From positions 17,546,001 to 17,610,000 of the forward strand of contig NC_092355.1 of NCBI RefSeq assembly GCF_963676685.1: DNA of 64,000 nt, read 5' to 3'. Origin of the DNA: Mytilus edulis (lineage: Eukaryota). The notes under the pieces were generated by a model. That model was not told the origin of the DNA. It ran no database searches and saw only the letters and a program-made list of their open reading frames with translations. The translations under genes were made by a program, and so were the position numbers. Numbering within the stretch: the stretch's first letter is position 1; each line of letters starts with the position of its first letter. Below are positions 13,651-28,071 of the stretch, piece after piece.

Positions 13651-13772
13651 CGCTAGACGCAGGTTTCGTACAAGAGACTTAACAGTGACGTTTATATCAA
13701 GTTAACAAAGCCAAATAAAGTACGAAGTGGAATGTATTGAGGTGCAAAATATCCTAAAAAGTTTTGTCATAT
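13651..13772 (-). repeat. Decayed hammerhead/retrozyme fragment
   Basis: Minus strand cgtcactgttaagtctcttgtacgaaacctgcgtctagcg; flank aligns with 28345-28471; catalytic core mutated. Confidence 0.55.
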
Positions 13773-14013
13773 TTTTTTTCAATTTATTACATAATTTCAT
13801 AGAACACATTATTATACTAGATAAATGAGCTTTCAATTAATTTAGATTTTTTTTTATTAAATAGAGACATGCCTTGAATCTTTTTTTACCTCATTTAACT
13901 ATTTACAGACGGTTCATACTGATTTGAATATAATTATCTGTATATATACATAATATAGTAACATACACATATATAACAAATAGGTTCAGAGGTAGAAATT
14001 CACAGTAGTTGTT

Positions 14014-15705
14014 TTAGGAAACATCAAATAGAAATGCGATCTTGTTGTCATTGGCAACTAACAACTTGTTACTTGTTGGTTCGAAATCCAATGCACGCGG
14101 ATAACTGAGGCCATCACGAGAGGACAATATTGTCTTGCAACGCTTTCCATCAGGGGTGATGATGACAACGCTGTGTGTTTTCGTACTGGCCACATACACG
14201 TTTCCATTGTTGTCTACAGCTATACCTTGTGGATATCGCAGGTTTTGTGTATCCTTGAATTCCCATTTAAGATTTCCATGGATATCATAGCATGTTACAG
14301 AATGGTTGTCTTTATTTGTATAATAAATATTGTCACCATGCACTGCAACATACGAATTGGATGGCATATTAAGTTGAACAAGTGCCTTTTCTGATTCACC
14401 ATTCAGTTGAACTTCCATTATTCCTTTACCTGGCACTGAGTATACCAGGACATTCTCATTGAGTGCTATACCATATATACCGTATATACTACTTTGTATA
14501 GTTCTCTTGATTGTTCTGCTATTAGGGTCAATAATGTGAATAACATTTGAACCATAGCCACTGGTAACGGCAATGGAACTGTCTCTTTCAAAATATGCTA
14601 AATCAAATGCGCGTGTATCTAGCCGAATTTCAAACTCATGCATACCGTTGCTTTTCAACACAATTAAATTTTGATTACTATAATCACAGAACATCATCTT
14701 GCCATTTGGTAGAATTGCGCAACCTCGAACATATCCAGCAGATTGCAAATCAATTTGCATTTTATTGCTTAGTTTGATATCATCTATGCATTTGGAAATT
14801 AAACTAGGTATCATCATCTGAGCTTCTTTGTTTTTGTTACTGTCAATAACAACTTTGCACGATTTTGAATCAACACTAACGGACCCAAAACAATCAGCCC
14901 TGCAAATGTTTTGTACGTCTTTGTTAACCTTCAAAGTCAGTGTTTTTATCTTCATGTCATCGTTCTTAAGGACAGACTGAATACATTCTGCTTTATCAGA
15001 AACCTCTTTTTCAATGTGCTTTAATGCTAAAAATGTTTGAAGTTCTGATGCATGTTGCCATATGTTATTTTGGCTACCTTGCAGGTCAGAAATTCCCTTT
15101 TCAATGTCTTCAATCTCACACAACAACAGCTTTATTCTCTTACTTTCATTTTCTTCATTAGCATATAATTCTTTAATTAGTGTGTCCTGTATTTTGTCCA
15201 AGTGGTCGTTGATCATTTTCCGGGTTTGGTTTATATCACGTTCAATCTCTTCCCTCTGATCCTGTAGACATTTTAAATTTTCTGTGCGATCGTTACGAAT
15301 TCTTTGTACATTTTTCAACATTTGGACCAATATTTGCTCTACCTCTAACCACGCATTCGATGACTTGACATTTTTTACGATGTCCTCTATTGCTGTCAAA
15401 TCATTACAATCATTATGTGTCTCAATAACACACCTCCGACAGCACGGGCAATCATGTTTCTTACATAATGTTTGATATTGTTCTTTGTGTTTTTGACATG
15501 TTTGTGTTATCTCTAACACATTTGTTGGTAGCTTCTGATATTCTGTTATTAAAATAGTGTCATGGTTCCTAGTTGATTTTGATGCACCGTGGTGCTCTCT
15601 ACACTCGCCACAAAGTCCCTCGTCACATTCTGAACACCACACTACTGATGCTTTGTTGATGTTTCGGAAATTACATACACCACAAACAGTCCAATGACTC
15701 GCCAT
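14014..15705 (-). CDS. RING-less TRIM-like B-box/coiled-coil/NHL protein, copy 2, 563 aa
   Basis: ORF 14014-15837. MASHW at 15705 follows TTTGTTTTGTAG-A; colinear with copy 1 over the full length. Confidence 0.9.
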   Translation of the reverse strand: MASHWTVCGVCNFRNINKASVVWCSECDEGLCGECREHHGASKSTRNHDTILITEYQKLPTNVLEITQTCQKHKEQYQTLCKKHDCPCCRRCVIETHNDCNDLTAIEDIVKNVKSSNAWLEVEQILVQMLKNVQRIRNDRTENLKCLQDQREEIERDINQTRKMINDHLDKIQDTLIKELYANEENESKRIKLLLCEIEDIEKGISDLQGSQNNIWQHASELQTFLALKHIEKEVSDKAECIQSVLKNDDMKIKTLTLKVNKDVQNICRADCFGSVSVDSKSCKVVIDSNKNKEAQMMIPSLISKCIDDIKLSNKMQIDLQSAGYVRGCAILPNGKMMFCDYSNQNLIVLKSNGMHEFEIRLDTRAFDLAYFERDSSIAVTSGYGSNVIHIIDPNSRTIKRTIQSSIYGIYGIALNENVLVYSVPGKGIMEVQLNGESEKALVQLNMPSNSYVAVHGDNIYYTNKDNHSVTCYDIHGNLKWEFKDTQNLRYPQGIAVDNNGNVYVASTKTHSVVIITPDGKRCKTILSSRDGLSYPRALDFEPTSNKLLVANDNKIAFLFDVS

Positions 15706-18367
15706 TCTACAAAACAAATGAGTCTTGAATTTTACAAATGGATGACACTGTAGTTGTAGCTTAACAAGCAAAATGTAAATATGATATATTTTTTTCATTT
15801 GCCAGTGGATGTTTATGCTCGGCTTGTCATAGTTCACGGATTTCGATTGGATAATGACAGGTCGTTAAAAAATATGCCACGGGTGTTGATGCCACCCACT
15901 ACCACGGACAACTTAATTCATGCCTTTTTTGTTTTGTCCAGTAGTTGTTTTATGTGCAAACTTGATTTCTGTAGATTATTAATGATGTTGTTGTTATATT
16001 CATCAAATATGTAAACAACTAACGATATTGTCAGTATATGCTATTTCCTGGAATTCATTTTATTTAATGCATCACTTGGTTACAATGTCGTTGATTAATG
16101 GGACTACTGACCTAGTTATGCAAATTACCCACGTTGATTTTCCGCCGTCTAAGACTATATGTAAATATATGTAGGGTTACCTTACATACGGTATAAGAAA
16201 TGTGAAATCGTAAAATTAATAATAACAATTTTTTTTAAATTATTTTTAAAAAGTTGCTTTCACGTAACACCTTTTTTTATAATAAATATCCGCCGAATCG
16301 GACATAAACTGGGAAATTTTTGTTATCTACGTTCATATTCGTGGACTACTCAATATATATTATTGGACATTTCCGTTATTGTCCCAATATTACCGACTTA
16401 TTTGTTTGGGTTGTTTCCCTTCAGTCGACACTTATTGAAAATGTTGAGCTAGTGTTAAGAGCGAAGGACGTTATCTATGTTTGCCAAATATTGCATTTTC
16501 CTTCAACATAATTATAATATTAAAAAAATTTAAAGGTTCTTTAATTGATCTATTCCAAAGGCCCAAGTGCTAAGGAACAAATGATTGTTTTATAAGTGAA
16601 CATCGAAGGCTCCATATTCCACAATTTGGATGTATACGTATTGTTGAAACTGTGTGCTTTTAACGACATTTAATCTTAAGGATATCTTAAGCTACAATCT
16701 ATGATCTTTGATGTCGAATAACCAAAAAGGAGTCAATAATTATAATAGATTCGTAGACACAGTTATTATCTGCTGCAGTGGTTGCAGCTAAAATAAATTA
16801 CGCAAAACAAGCGTTTGGTGAAACATTGGTCCAAACTGAATTTTAACACAAATAATGAATAATAGTAATTCTGAAGTCATTACTAACTTATTTATGGCTC
16901 AGGTTATTTGTCAGGTATTGGCCACATTCATTATTATTTTTCTTTTTTAAGCTCTTCTTTTGTTTAATAATTTTTTAATTAAAAATATTTTGACTTTTGG
17001 CATCACTAAAAGGACAATAGCGGTCAAAATGAGCATCTTGAAGAGAAATTAGGACCGCATGTTTTATTGCACAAACTAGATAGAATACTCGTCTAATGAA
17101 CTGCTAGATCAGTGATCTTTTACGATACTTATATGTTGTTTTTTTTTTATTTGTTCGACATGTTTAATAAGATATGGAACTTTCAAATATGTAGTCTTGT
17201 TCATCACCGAAGAGGTATTTATGGTCGAAATGCACATCTGTGCAGCGCAATTAGTACAGTTAAATGCCAAAAATGAGTTTATTTTGTATAAAAACTCAAG
17301 TAGTAGATTATCTATGTCAAATATGTAGTAATGAAACCCGATCAAAAAACGCATTAAAATTGTAGGATCTATTTACTATTAGATTATCAAGACTGGTGTA
17401 GCAACTCTAAATCTGAAATTAAGAATAGTATCCGACAATGTCAAATAAATCTTGTTTGTGTATAAACAATATAAATATATTTATGAATTGTCATAAATCA
17501 GTTTTTCTTATTCTTTATTAAAAGTTCAGTTTGAACAAGTTCTGGAATGATCGATTTTTTAAAATAAATAGATCAAAACAATATGTTTTACACTTCAGAG
17601 TCTGGATATGGCAACGACGCCAATAATGTAATATTGAATCGATCAGAGATAAACTGTAAATATTTGAACATACAGTTTATCGTTTTTTTTCCATTAATTT
17701 CCCCTATTACTGTAGAAATAAAAAAAAATTGAAAATAAATGTTTTTTTTTATTTCCTGCAAAAAAGTCATTCTAATGAACTCAAAATTGTTAACTTTTTT
17801 CACACTTTTTTTTTATTTTTCCCGCTTATGCGCAGAAATCTACTTTCTTATTCCGTTCTCGTTTGTCATGGGACTTTGAGATAGCGTCAATTTGTTTACT
17901 TTGAATATGACGTCATAACTTAAATAACGTAACAACTAAAATATCTAACAACAGAACCAAAATCGGAAACATAGCGGCATTTCTGTTTCTTTTTTAACAG
18001 ATTTTGAAGTTATAATATATTTGAATTAAAAAGAAAGCAAACAGACTTCGTTCCCTTTCACAGGTAATGCCTGCCTTATATTAAACTATATGCTCGTGTC
18101 TGTAACAACGTATTAGATTTTAGCGAGAGAAATTTATGTATTACTGAAAAATTATTACACCAGGGTTTTCGATATCACAAACTAGTCAAAACATTTACTA
18201 AATTTTATCATCGGTATAAGGAAATAATTCGTAAAGATAACTCAACATGCAGACATCTTATACGTTCAAGTATTTCATATCCAATCTTTCATGGTAATAT
18301 TTTTTCACAAAGCACAAAAATGTCAGTATTCACCTCGAACGCTTACAAAACCTTTAAACAGACTTAT

Positions 18368-20337
18368 TAGACCTTTTCAACAATTGTCTATACCTACAGT
18401 TGAGCACGATTACGACAGGTAAGATGTGAGGGGTCGTCTCAAAAATCAAAATTGAAAATAATACTTTACATCACTAAGAGTTTTAATGCTTGAAATTTAT
18501 TTGATTGACTATGATATAGCTTTCCAACAGAGAAAATGGCATGTATTTTTAAATTTAGAAGTAAAAAACAAAGATCAACTCATTTTCTGTACGGTGAAAA
18601 AAGTAGAAGAAAAAAAAAACAGATAAAAAAATCAACTAAAAATAGCGATCCCTGATCGACTAAAAAGGAATCAAATATGAAGACGAAGCATAATTTCCAT
18701 CGGGGGAAAGCCGTCCAGGTGTCAGACCACCAATTCCAAATCCCTATCTGATCATCCAAATTTTGCAATTTTCACAGCTTTCTAAATATTTTACCTTTAG
18801 TTTAACTTCAAGGAAACCAGGTATGCCCTGAATTGTACATGTCTCACCTTTCTACATGCCAATTTTCATCCAATGTTTAAAGTCTTATAAGAAATTTCTG
18901 ATTTTGAAAACACAGGTACTAACAAAATAACTCCTGGTTTTCTGGAGATCTTAAATCAGTGTACTTTGTAGCGCATTAATCCTGAATTGTTAATGCAAAG
19001 TCATAGACAAGTGAATTTTGGCTCGAAATGGTCTAAATATATCTCCCTTTCACCAAAAGTGTCATTTCTGCAAATTTGTTGGTTAGTTTAAGTAAACAAT
19101 GACATCAAATGCACTATTTTTTGTCCGAGTAGGACTACTTTCACGTTCTAAATTGGAGGGAGTAATTGGTGGTCTGACACCTAAACAGTATCAACATTTT
19201 CAGGACTTGGTTCAGGCGCACAAAACAATACGACGGGGTTTTGCTAATCTAATTAGTTTTAAAAAAAATCCCTTATGCATGGTCATAGACGAAATTTAAA
19301 AAGAATCATTAGTACAAAAAAAAAATTAAAAGATTATAAAACCGGCAAAGATTTGTCAAGGAAAAAAGAAACAGCGAAACAATTTCTGACCCGTTGACAA
19401 CAAACTAAAATATAGCAATGAAAGTGTAAAATATCAAACCAACGATACTTGATCAACACGGACACAATTAAACTCTATTACTTAGCAATTCCCGCTTCTT
19501 GCAAGAAACTCAGAGGTCATGTTCGAGAACAGGGGAATGGCTCACCGATAAAAAGGACAACGTTTGTTGTTTTTTCGGAACACGGGCAATTGGACATTGG
19601 ATAATCAGTTCGTGAGGACGACCATATAATTAAATGAGGGAAAAAAATAAGTCATTGGACTCCCAACCCCTGCTTAGCACTATCCAAAAAGAATTTACAA
19701 TGACAAAGCTCTATAGTAACTAGTATGTTGAATTATAAATTCCATACGCAGGTATGTACTACTTAAATGTTGATACATCTCCCCTTATTCAAGAAGGAAA
19801 TACACCAACTTTAACAAGGTATCTTGATCTTTTCCTACGACCTTTGAAACCAATATGTTTATACCCCTCCAAAAATTGAATATGTACATCGTGTAAGGTT
19901 TAGATCGTTTAAAATAGTCTCGACCGTGTTTACAAGTGTGATAACAGACGGACAGATAGTCCAGTAATAATGTTTCAGAAATTATCAGAAATTTTCAGAA
20001 AAACTTTTACAGATACACATTTATTCTTATTGGCATGCGGCATAATAAGAAAGTTGAAGAGAAAGCTTATCAGGATGCGGAATGATTGCAGTAACTTTTT
20101 AATCAATTCAATGTGAAATGTCGTGTAAATACATGTAATAAGAATATTGTATGATAGAGAAATATTCTTATTTACTTTTTCTATTTTCTATATCTTCTGT
20201 AGCTATATATAACCGCCAAACCAAATTTATATATCGTAATGATAACCAAACGTTTTTGTCTTTGAGACGGCCCCTTCATTTTACCTGTAAACTGTATGTG
20301 TCATTAGTCTGTGTCGACAGTTGTTGAAAAAGGTCTA
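18368..20337. mobile_element. Non-autonomous TIR element (~2 kb) with TAG...CTA termini
   Basis: tagaccttttcaacaattgtc..acaggtaagatgtgaggggtcgtctcaaa versus tttgagacggccccttcattttacctgt..gacagttgttgaaaaaggtcta; TSD unclear. Confidence 0.65.
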
Positions 20338-20434
20338 TTAAGAAGGGATATAATTACGATACTGTTGTCAGGTCATTAAAGATTGCATATTTTGGCTTTA
20401 ATATTGATTCACTTATAGTATCTTTGCATCGGAA

Positions 20435-20948
20435 CTATTCTTCTCATATATTTTATGACTAAACCCCGAACGGGAGGGATTGTGCCTGATATTCATATGA
20501 TGAAGACATCAGGTTATTTGAGGTCTGGAGCTGGCATGTCAGTTAATTGCTGGCTGTCTGTTGTTATTTATGTATTATTGTCATTTTATTTATTTTCTTT
20601 TGTTACATCTTCTGACATCGGACTCGGACTTCTCTTGACCTGAATTATAATGTGCGTATTGTTATGCGTTTAATTTTCGACATTCGCTAGAGGTATAGGG
20701 GGAGGGTTGAGATCTCATAAACATGTTTGACCCCGCCGCAATTTTGCGCCTGTTCCAAGTCAGGAGCCTCTGGCCTTTGTTAGTTTTGTATGATTTTTAA
20801 TTTTAGTTTCTTGTGTATAATTCAGAGTGTAGTATGACGTCCATTATTACTGTACTAGTATACATATTTAATAAGGGGCCAGCTGAAGGATGCCTACGGT
20901 TGCGGGAGTTTCTAGCTACATTGAAGACCCATTGGTGACCTTCGGCTA
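20435..20948 (+). mobile_element. R1 retroposon fragment
   Basis: Aligns with 8270-8650 and inversely with 2300-2696. Confidence 0.75.
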
Positions 20949-22057
20949 TTTACTATTTGATAAAATAAATCATTCTGTATTTTTATTTCCGTATGTAAAA
21001 ACAAGGCGTTAAGATACTGATGAATAGTTAGCATACCTGTTACTTTAGATACCATATTGTTATACGAACGGATTTGTTATTTGTCTTTTTAAAGCAATAT
21101 GTTTATTTTGAATGCAATAAAATGATCCCAGTAAACATTTTGATTTAATTTTATAACTTATTTACTTTACACTAATAAGTCTCCGCACACGATCCGTTGA
21201 TTTTTAGAGTCCATACTATATCATCGGGTATTGTTTGTTACCTTGATTGACCTGTTCCTCATCGATGTTTTAAGATTAAAGCATTAGTAAACTATTGTTG
21301 AATTGATTTATTTCTGATACATATTTTTATCATTTGAGTACCAATCTACCTAGGAATGAGGCAGTGGTGACAACATGACAAGCGCACACCTGTTCAACCT
21401 TACATTAATTCACGTTCAGAATGTTTATTGCATACTGGTAAATATAACATTTTTTTTTCTTTCCCTGTGTTTGGTGATTCAAGATATAATTTGATTGAAA
21501 TGCACTAGAAATTAACTCCGTAATTTGTTATCCTTCTAACAGAAATGTATCTAGATATTTCTTCATTTACCTGATACCAAGAAAGTTCAACCATGTTAAC
21601 TCCGGATTGGGATACCTTTAAAATAGGGTAAGTAGGTCGGTCAGATTTTTTCAGACATGTTTTGAGAATTTTCTAAATTCAATTTGCCTGATTCATAAAA
21701 AGACTTGCAAGATATCGGTTTGTGAATTTAGAATACGTATACATGTTATAAGATCTGGCAATTTTATAAACTCTGCACGTTTAGAATAAAATAAGATAGA
21801 AATAATTTGTATGACAGCAATGGAATATTACTTAGACATTAAAACAACTGATCCTATCTTTTTTTATTTTACTTGCAGGTGTTATTAAATAAACAACTAT
21901 AAAAAAAATAATTTCTATAGCATAGGACACGTATCGTTGTATTAATATCTTCGGCAATGCCAGTATATTTGGTTCTCGTATTCTAATGTTAACGTACATG
22001 TTAATTAAGTGTCGTTAAGTGTAGATTTGCAAAGCGGATTTGCAAACAACGTAATCC

Positions 22058-22230
22058 ACATACCTTTACTTTGCCATTTCTGCAACTTCTTATATCCTTG
22101 ATTAATTTTGTATCCGCCCCATAATGGATACTCTTAACATTAGATAACGTATTTGATAACACTATATATAGTATCACAATGTAACAGATATCAGAATAGA
22201 TTATATTTTTCTGATCTGAATTGAGTGCGT
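22058..22230 (-). promoter_or_regulatory. Candidate non-coding leader exon/promoter block (donor AAG|GTATGT at 22063; GGGGCGGA at 22113-22120)
   Basis: Block recurs upstream of copies 2, 3 (donor 32091) and 4 (donor 63617). In copy 3 the homology ends just past the donor. Confidence 0.4.
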
Positions 22231-24325
22231 CTGACCTATTGATTTATTTATTTTTTTACATTTAAATCTTTCCCTTTATTTATCCATGATGATAGGCGTT
22301 AAATGAATGTATTCAACTGTCACTGTCATCAAGATACGCTGTTTATTTGTAAATAAACTATATTTAACAGCTGAATATTCGTGTTATTCCCTGTGGTTTT
22401 CTGGGGACAAAAAAAAACGAAAAAAAACAACATAAAACATTGCAGTTCATTGTGAGAGAAGACGCAAATTTGATAAGTTTAAGGTTTGTTTTGAGCATTT
22501 TTACAAATTGTCGAATCTTTTCAAATGGTTGCAAACGTTTAATTTATACAATACAGTTTGATAAAGTAAGAGACAAGTAAAAGGTTTATTTAGTCATGTT
22601 TTAATAACTTAATTGTCTTATTTCAATGTTATCAGTTTTAGCTTTTAAGGGATTTCTCACTAAATCCAAACATAATTAAGATCCTAGGAAACTGTGATCA
22701 CTCCCAAAAAGAATTAAGAAGTTTGTGTTACACAGTCTTTATAGTTTTATGTATACTGCACTGTTCTGTAAATTTTTCATGTATTGCCATGACATTGCCG
22801 ATTTACTGAAGTTAAGAGTTGTGAATATTATCTTTATATGTTCAACTTCCTTTAACTGTATGAAAATTAGAACACTACTTTAATTTTTATGCCATTAACA
22901 TTTTTTTTTTCATTTTACTGAAACATATGCTATTATGATATTGAGAATTGAAATAAAGATGTTAATCATATCTTAAGAAACATATATAACAAAATGTATC
23001 TAAAGAAAGATACAGAGGGTCACTCATAAAAACATGTTTTTTATTTTCATTTGTTGACTGAAACATATGCCATTATGATCTTGATATGAGTAAGGGTTTT
23101 GCTCATATCTTAAGAAATATATATGTAATGTTATTCGTTAGATTTTTAACACATTGATGCGTTATAATTCGTTATGATATTCGATTTTAAGAATCCAAAG
23201 TTTCTACAAAATTCTACATCTTAGTTTATAGACCAATCAGACAACAACAAGAGGTTTCTCGAGAAAGATACCTAGGGTCATCCAAAGCTAAGTCGATATA
23301 TTATGACAATGCCAAGGCAACATCAATAACGATGAGTAAACAGCCTCTATATTCAAAACTACAGATTGAGCAAAAAGAACCCCACAAAAACCCTTTGGTG
23401 GTCTAAGGTAATCTGGGATAATATGTAGACTCTGCCCGTCGAGAGACACCCATTGTTTTACATGTTTCACTCTTTGTGAGAAAAATTGAAGTATTTTGAA
23501 AAAAAATGGTCCTGTACAGTATATTTCATACACAAGTTTGGCTTACTAGTGTTTGTGATGGATCTGCAGTTATAAAAAACCTTAAATGGGGGCTTTAAAT
23601 GCATTTTTATGTTGTTTTTTTATTTTTGCTTCTCCATACTTTTTTTAAAAGATATTTGTCTGTCAATACCCAGTAATGACAGACAAATAAGTTAATAAAT
23701 TATTACAATGAATTTCGGGCAATCGATAGTTCTAATATAGTTTTGACTTACCGTTGATGTTGAGAGGTTTAGCATGTTATCCTTACACACTTGTGGTTTG
23801 ATGCTTCCAAAAAGATTTACAACTTTATTTTAACATTTAGATAGATGTTTAAATCCAGCAAAACACATAAATGGAAAACATTAAATCCAGAAAAATTAAA
23901 CAAATTTTCGCGCGTATTTCCTAGGACGAAGTTGTAATACGACTTTTAAAAAAGAATGAAAAAAATGTGTTGTTAGATATCTGAAAACTATCAGATGCAT
24001 TATAATTTTGTTTTTTTATAGTATATTTACATGTAATATTACATAGATCTAACGATTTGCTGTCATGTACATTCCCAACTAAACCATAATTTTAGAATGA
24101 TTCTTAAATCAAATAGACAGTGTGTTCTTATAAACATTTAATGATTTCATGTATTAAACAAACAGTTCAGTCTATATACTGCACGCATAACGATAGCAAA
24201 CATAGTTTCCGAATTTATTGAAACAGCGAAAATAAAAATATATGCAATTGGTAATTGAAATTAGCAATATACCACTTAGTTTAATTCGCTGTGTCTTTTA
24301 CTGAAATATATTAGTTAACCGTTTA

Positions 24326-24580
24326 AAAAAGAGGGGCGAAAGATACAAGAAGGACAGTCAAACTCATAGATCGAAAAGTAACTGCCAACGCCATGGCTAA
24401 AAAACTAAAACAATTAACAGACAAATAATACTACAAAGGACGCAACCTAGAAAGGGGAATGAATAAGCAACACGAACCCCGCCAAAAAAATTGGGGTATT
24501 ATCAGGTGCTCCGGAAGGCTAAACAGATCCTGCTCCACATGTGGCACTCGTCGTGTTGTACATGTCATTACAAACCCGGT
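24326..24580 (-). mobile_element. Penelope-like 3' fragment
   Basis: aaaagaggggcgaaagatac..gacagtcaaactcata..gatcctgctccacatgtg is the reverse complement of 63075-63299; other tails at 42451-42550 and 61793-61841. Confidence 0.7.
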
Positions 24581-24679
24581 ATATAGCTAGTCTAATGTGT
24601 TTAACTGACACATACACAAAAGTATTATCTTTCTATAATGATTTCTACCTGCACTTAAAACGACAATGATGTAAGTATC

Positions 24680-25775
24680 GACGGCTGTCTATAGATGCAG
24701 TATATGGATATTTAAGATTTGTTCTATCTCTAAACACATTTGTATATTTTACTAATAATGGTGTGTGTTTGAAGAACGTTTAATGTTATCAGATAAGATG
24801 TTTTGTTAACCAATCATGATGTCCAACATTTGAGCAATGAAATAGAATGAATTATTACACAATAAATCAAAGTAAATAATTAGACGGATTAAAGTACATT
24901 TAAACAAAAAAACATGTATACACATTTTGCAATATAAACAATATAATTGACAAAACCTAACTGTGCTCGACTTCGACTCGACTTTAACTGACTTAACATT
25001 GGACTCAATGCATTCTCTACTTGTTAATTACTCACAGACGAAAGAGATTTGTCTTCGTGCCTTCGCTTTAAATACCAAACTGAACCGTCTTTTTCAATGT
25101 GCTTAAATGCTAAAAATGTGTATAGTTTTAAAGACATGTTGTTGTATTTTATTTTAATAAACATGTAAATCAGAAAATCATTTTCCTCAATCGTTGACAA
25201 CGCATGTTAAATTGTCTTGCGTAGATTTTTGTTTTTGCATATATTTCGTTTAATAGATTCTCTTGTACTTTGTTTAATGGATCGTTCATCAATGCACTCG
25301 TGAATGGTTTATTATTTCAATATGTTATGCCACAATTCGACCATCATTTGTTTTACCACAAGAAATGAATTATCAGTATGTGATTTTATATTTTTAACAG
25401 TATTATCGATTTCCTTCGGATCTGTACATTATATCTTTATAACACATCGTCTTGAATTCCTGATGAAGATTAATCCAGAAAAACGCTTTTGATGCATGGA
25501 ATTTATAACATTTTGTTTTCATTTTATCCACAACAAGAACAATCATACTTCTTACAGACACGTTAGTGTGATTTGTGGTAAATTCAACGGTAGTTTCTGG
25601 TGCTCTGTAACAGGTATAATGCTAAGTAATATAGATGCAATTACTGCACCATTTTATCTACACCCTTCACAAAGTCCCTAATCACAGACGAAACACCGCA
25701 CAACAGACGATTTTTGTATGTTTGTGAAGCTACAATTGCCACATACTGAATAATTATTAGTAATACTCAAAACAA
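24680..25775 (-). pseudogene. Highly decayed, internally deleted TRIM-like paralog
   Basis: Nucleotide matches to the family: 25668-25775 (cacaaagtccctaatcacagacgaaacaccgcacaac vs cacaaagtccctcgtcacattctgaacaccacactac, B-box1; ATG changed to ATT near 25764); 25090-25145 (ttttcaatgtgcttaaatgctaaaaatgt, coiled coil); ~24684-24735 (gctgtctatagat.., blade 5). No long ORF. Confidence 0.75.
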
Positions 25776-28071
25776 AAACCAAAAACTTAATTTGACATAA
25801 TTATGCCTTAATAGATTAGATGGTCTCCTTTTTGCGATACCAGCGGGCGTTTTGAACGTTTTTGTTTTCAGTGATGATCAAGGCAAGAATTTTCGAAAAC
25901 CAAACAGTTGATATAAAAGTTGATGCGCTGCTACAATCAAAAGAGACCAAATGTTTGTCAAAACCCGGATAATTCATAGAGAACTGTAAAATGTTTACAA
26001 GGAACATCAAGGGTTTTTTGTCAAGTTTTTTTAATGATACTGTCAAGTTGACATAGTAATGTCTTCAAAAATATGTTTTAGTTAAAAAAAAATGAATATA
26101 GGAAGACGATTCCTTATTATCAAATTAAAAGTGTAAGGCGTTGAATTTCCTGCTATAAAAGACAATTCTTATTTTTTTCTAAATTTTTAGTTTCTATTAT
26201 CAAAATTATCAAACAAAGGCTTATAGAAAGGATAGCATTGCTTATTCAATGTGACAATTACCCACCACTTAACACCAACATACGTATGTCTTGCTAATAA
26301 ATATATGTCTCAAGCATGGTGCAATAATTGCAAACATCCGAATGAATTTCGTTTTGCATGCATGTATAATTTAATCAAGCATGTTGGAGACCAATAATAT
26401 GGAAAGCTACACTTATGAAACTTTGGGTGTTGTGGGCATTCATATAAATAGATAAATATTTACAAAGGGCAATAATTTTATTGATGAAACACAATTATTG
26501 TCAATAAAGAATGCCATTTTATACTTTCCAAAATCAAATGTGTAGTTTTAGATTATCAATGAATGGTGTATTAGTTGTTTAAAGCTTATAAACTACGCGT
26601 CGAACAATCATTACAAAAGTATTTTCTATAATAAGTAAAACGAAGACAGCCGCATGTCTCATTAAAATGAATTAAATGAAATTGTTGGATATAATAATCA
26701 TATAACCTATATAATCTTCATTAATCAGTCGTCAAAGGAATTAACTCTAAGAGAAACCGTCGTCACGAGAACTCGATGAAGGAGGAATAATAGTCATTGC
26801 ATCAGGAAGAGTGCATGTGAGTTGTGTGAGTGTGAGACAACATAGAACATACATATGTATATGACAGACAGATTCCTTTTCTTTTTATCTTCAGCTGTAT
26901 TTAGTTCTCTTATATTTGATACGTTTCCCTCAGTTTAAGTTTGTAACCCGGATTTGTTTTTTCTCTATCGATTTATGAGTTTTGAACAGCGGTATACTAC
27001 TGTTGCCTTTATTTATATTCCACGTACAAATTTCAAATTTTCAAAACGTATTTTTGTAAAGAAATAAAAGGAATAGGTGCCTAGTGCAACTCAATTGCGT
27101 GTTGGGACATAAATGTCGAAAACCAAAATATATCCCAATACAATCTATGTGTTAGTGTAGAGGATATGTCACATATTCCACATATATAATAACTCTGAAG
27201 TCGAAATCATACTGACAAACGAGAAAGGACTAATAGACAAACAACAATGCACAAATCACAACATAGAAAAACTCAAAAGTGGGGAATACGAACTCTTAAT
27301 AAATCGGAGCGATTACATGATCTCTGGAATAGTAAGCTGATCTGACTCCACATGTGACACTCGTCGGGTTTCTCCTTTAAAATATGTTTATCAGTTGTAT
27401 CACGTCATAAGACAATGCGCAATACCTGACTGTTAACTGACTTTTATCTAACCTTTAAACATCATTAAAGTTATACACTATTGGTCATGTATATTTCAAA
27501 CTTATATAATTAATCAAATCGAAATTTTGAAATTAAAACATCTTTTCATAACACAGGATAGATAACGGGTATCAACAGCATATGCATTTAAAACAAACTC
27601 TACGAACAACTATAAAAACTAAAGCATACGAAACACAAACCCGATCTCAGGTGTTCGGAAAAGTTGAACAAACCCTGCTATTAAAAGATATTCCTCATGT
27701 GGTGTTGCTCGTGTAAATGTGTAAGTATAAAAGTCTAATTGGGAACGTTATATTCAAGATGAAATTTTATGTAAGAAATTTGCAGGTCGTAGATTACGAC
27801 CTTTGTAGGAGTTATGTAATCAAATTATGTATAACAAACAATTTTCGTTGCCACAGCCTCATCATTTTATACCCTATTATAACACTCACTTATATGTTCA
27901 TAATTATAAATTAACTATTAACAAAGCTTTGAATTTTTGAAATACTAAATGCTTTTCTACCTCAGGAATAAATTACCTTAGCTGTATTTGGCAAACCTTT
28001 TAAGAATTTTTGGTCCTCAATGTCCTACAACTTCATACTTTATTTGGCCTTTTTAACATTTTTGATTCGAG

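Noticed and set aside
22645-22660. NF-kB-like site gggatttctc near the candidate promoter
   Set aside because: Imperfect match and not conserved in the copy 3 block (gagatttttc); not supportable.
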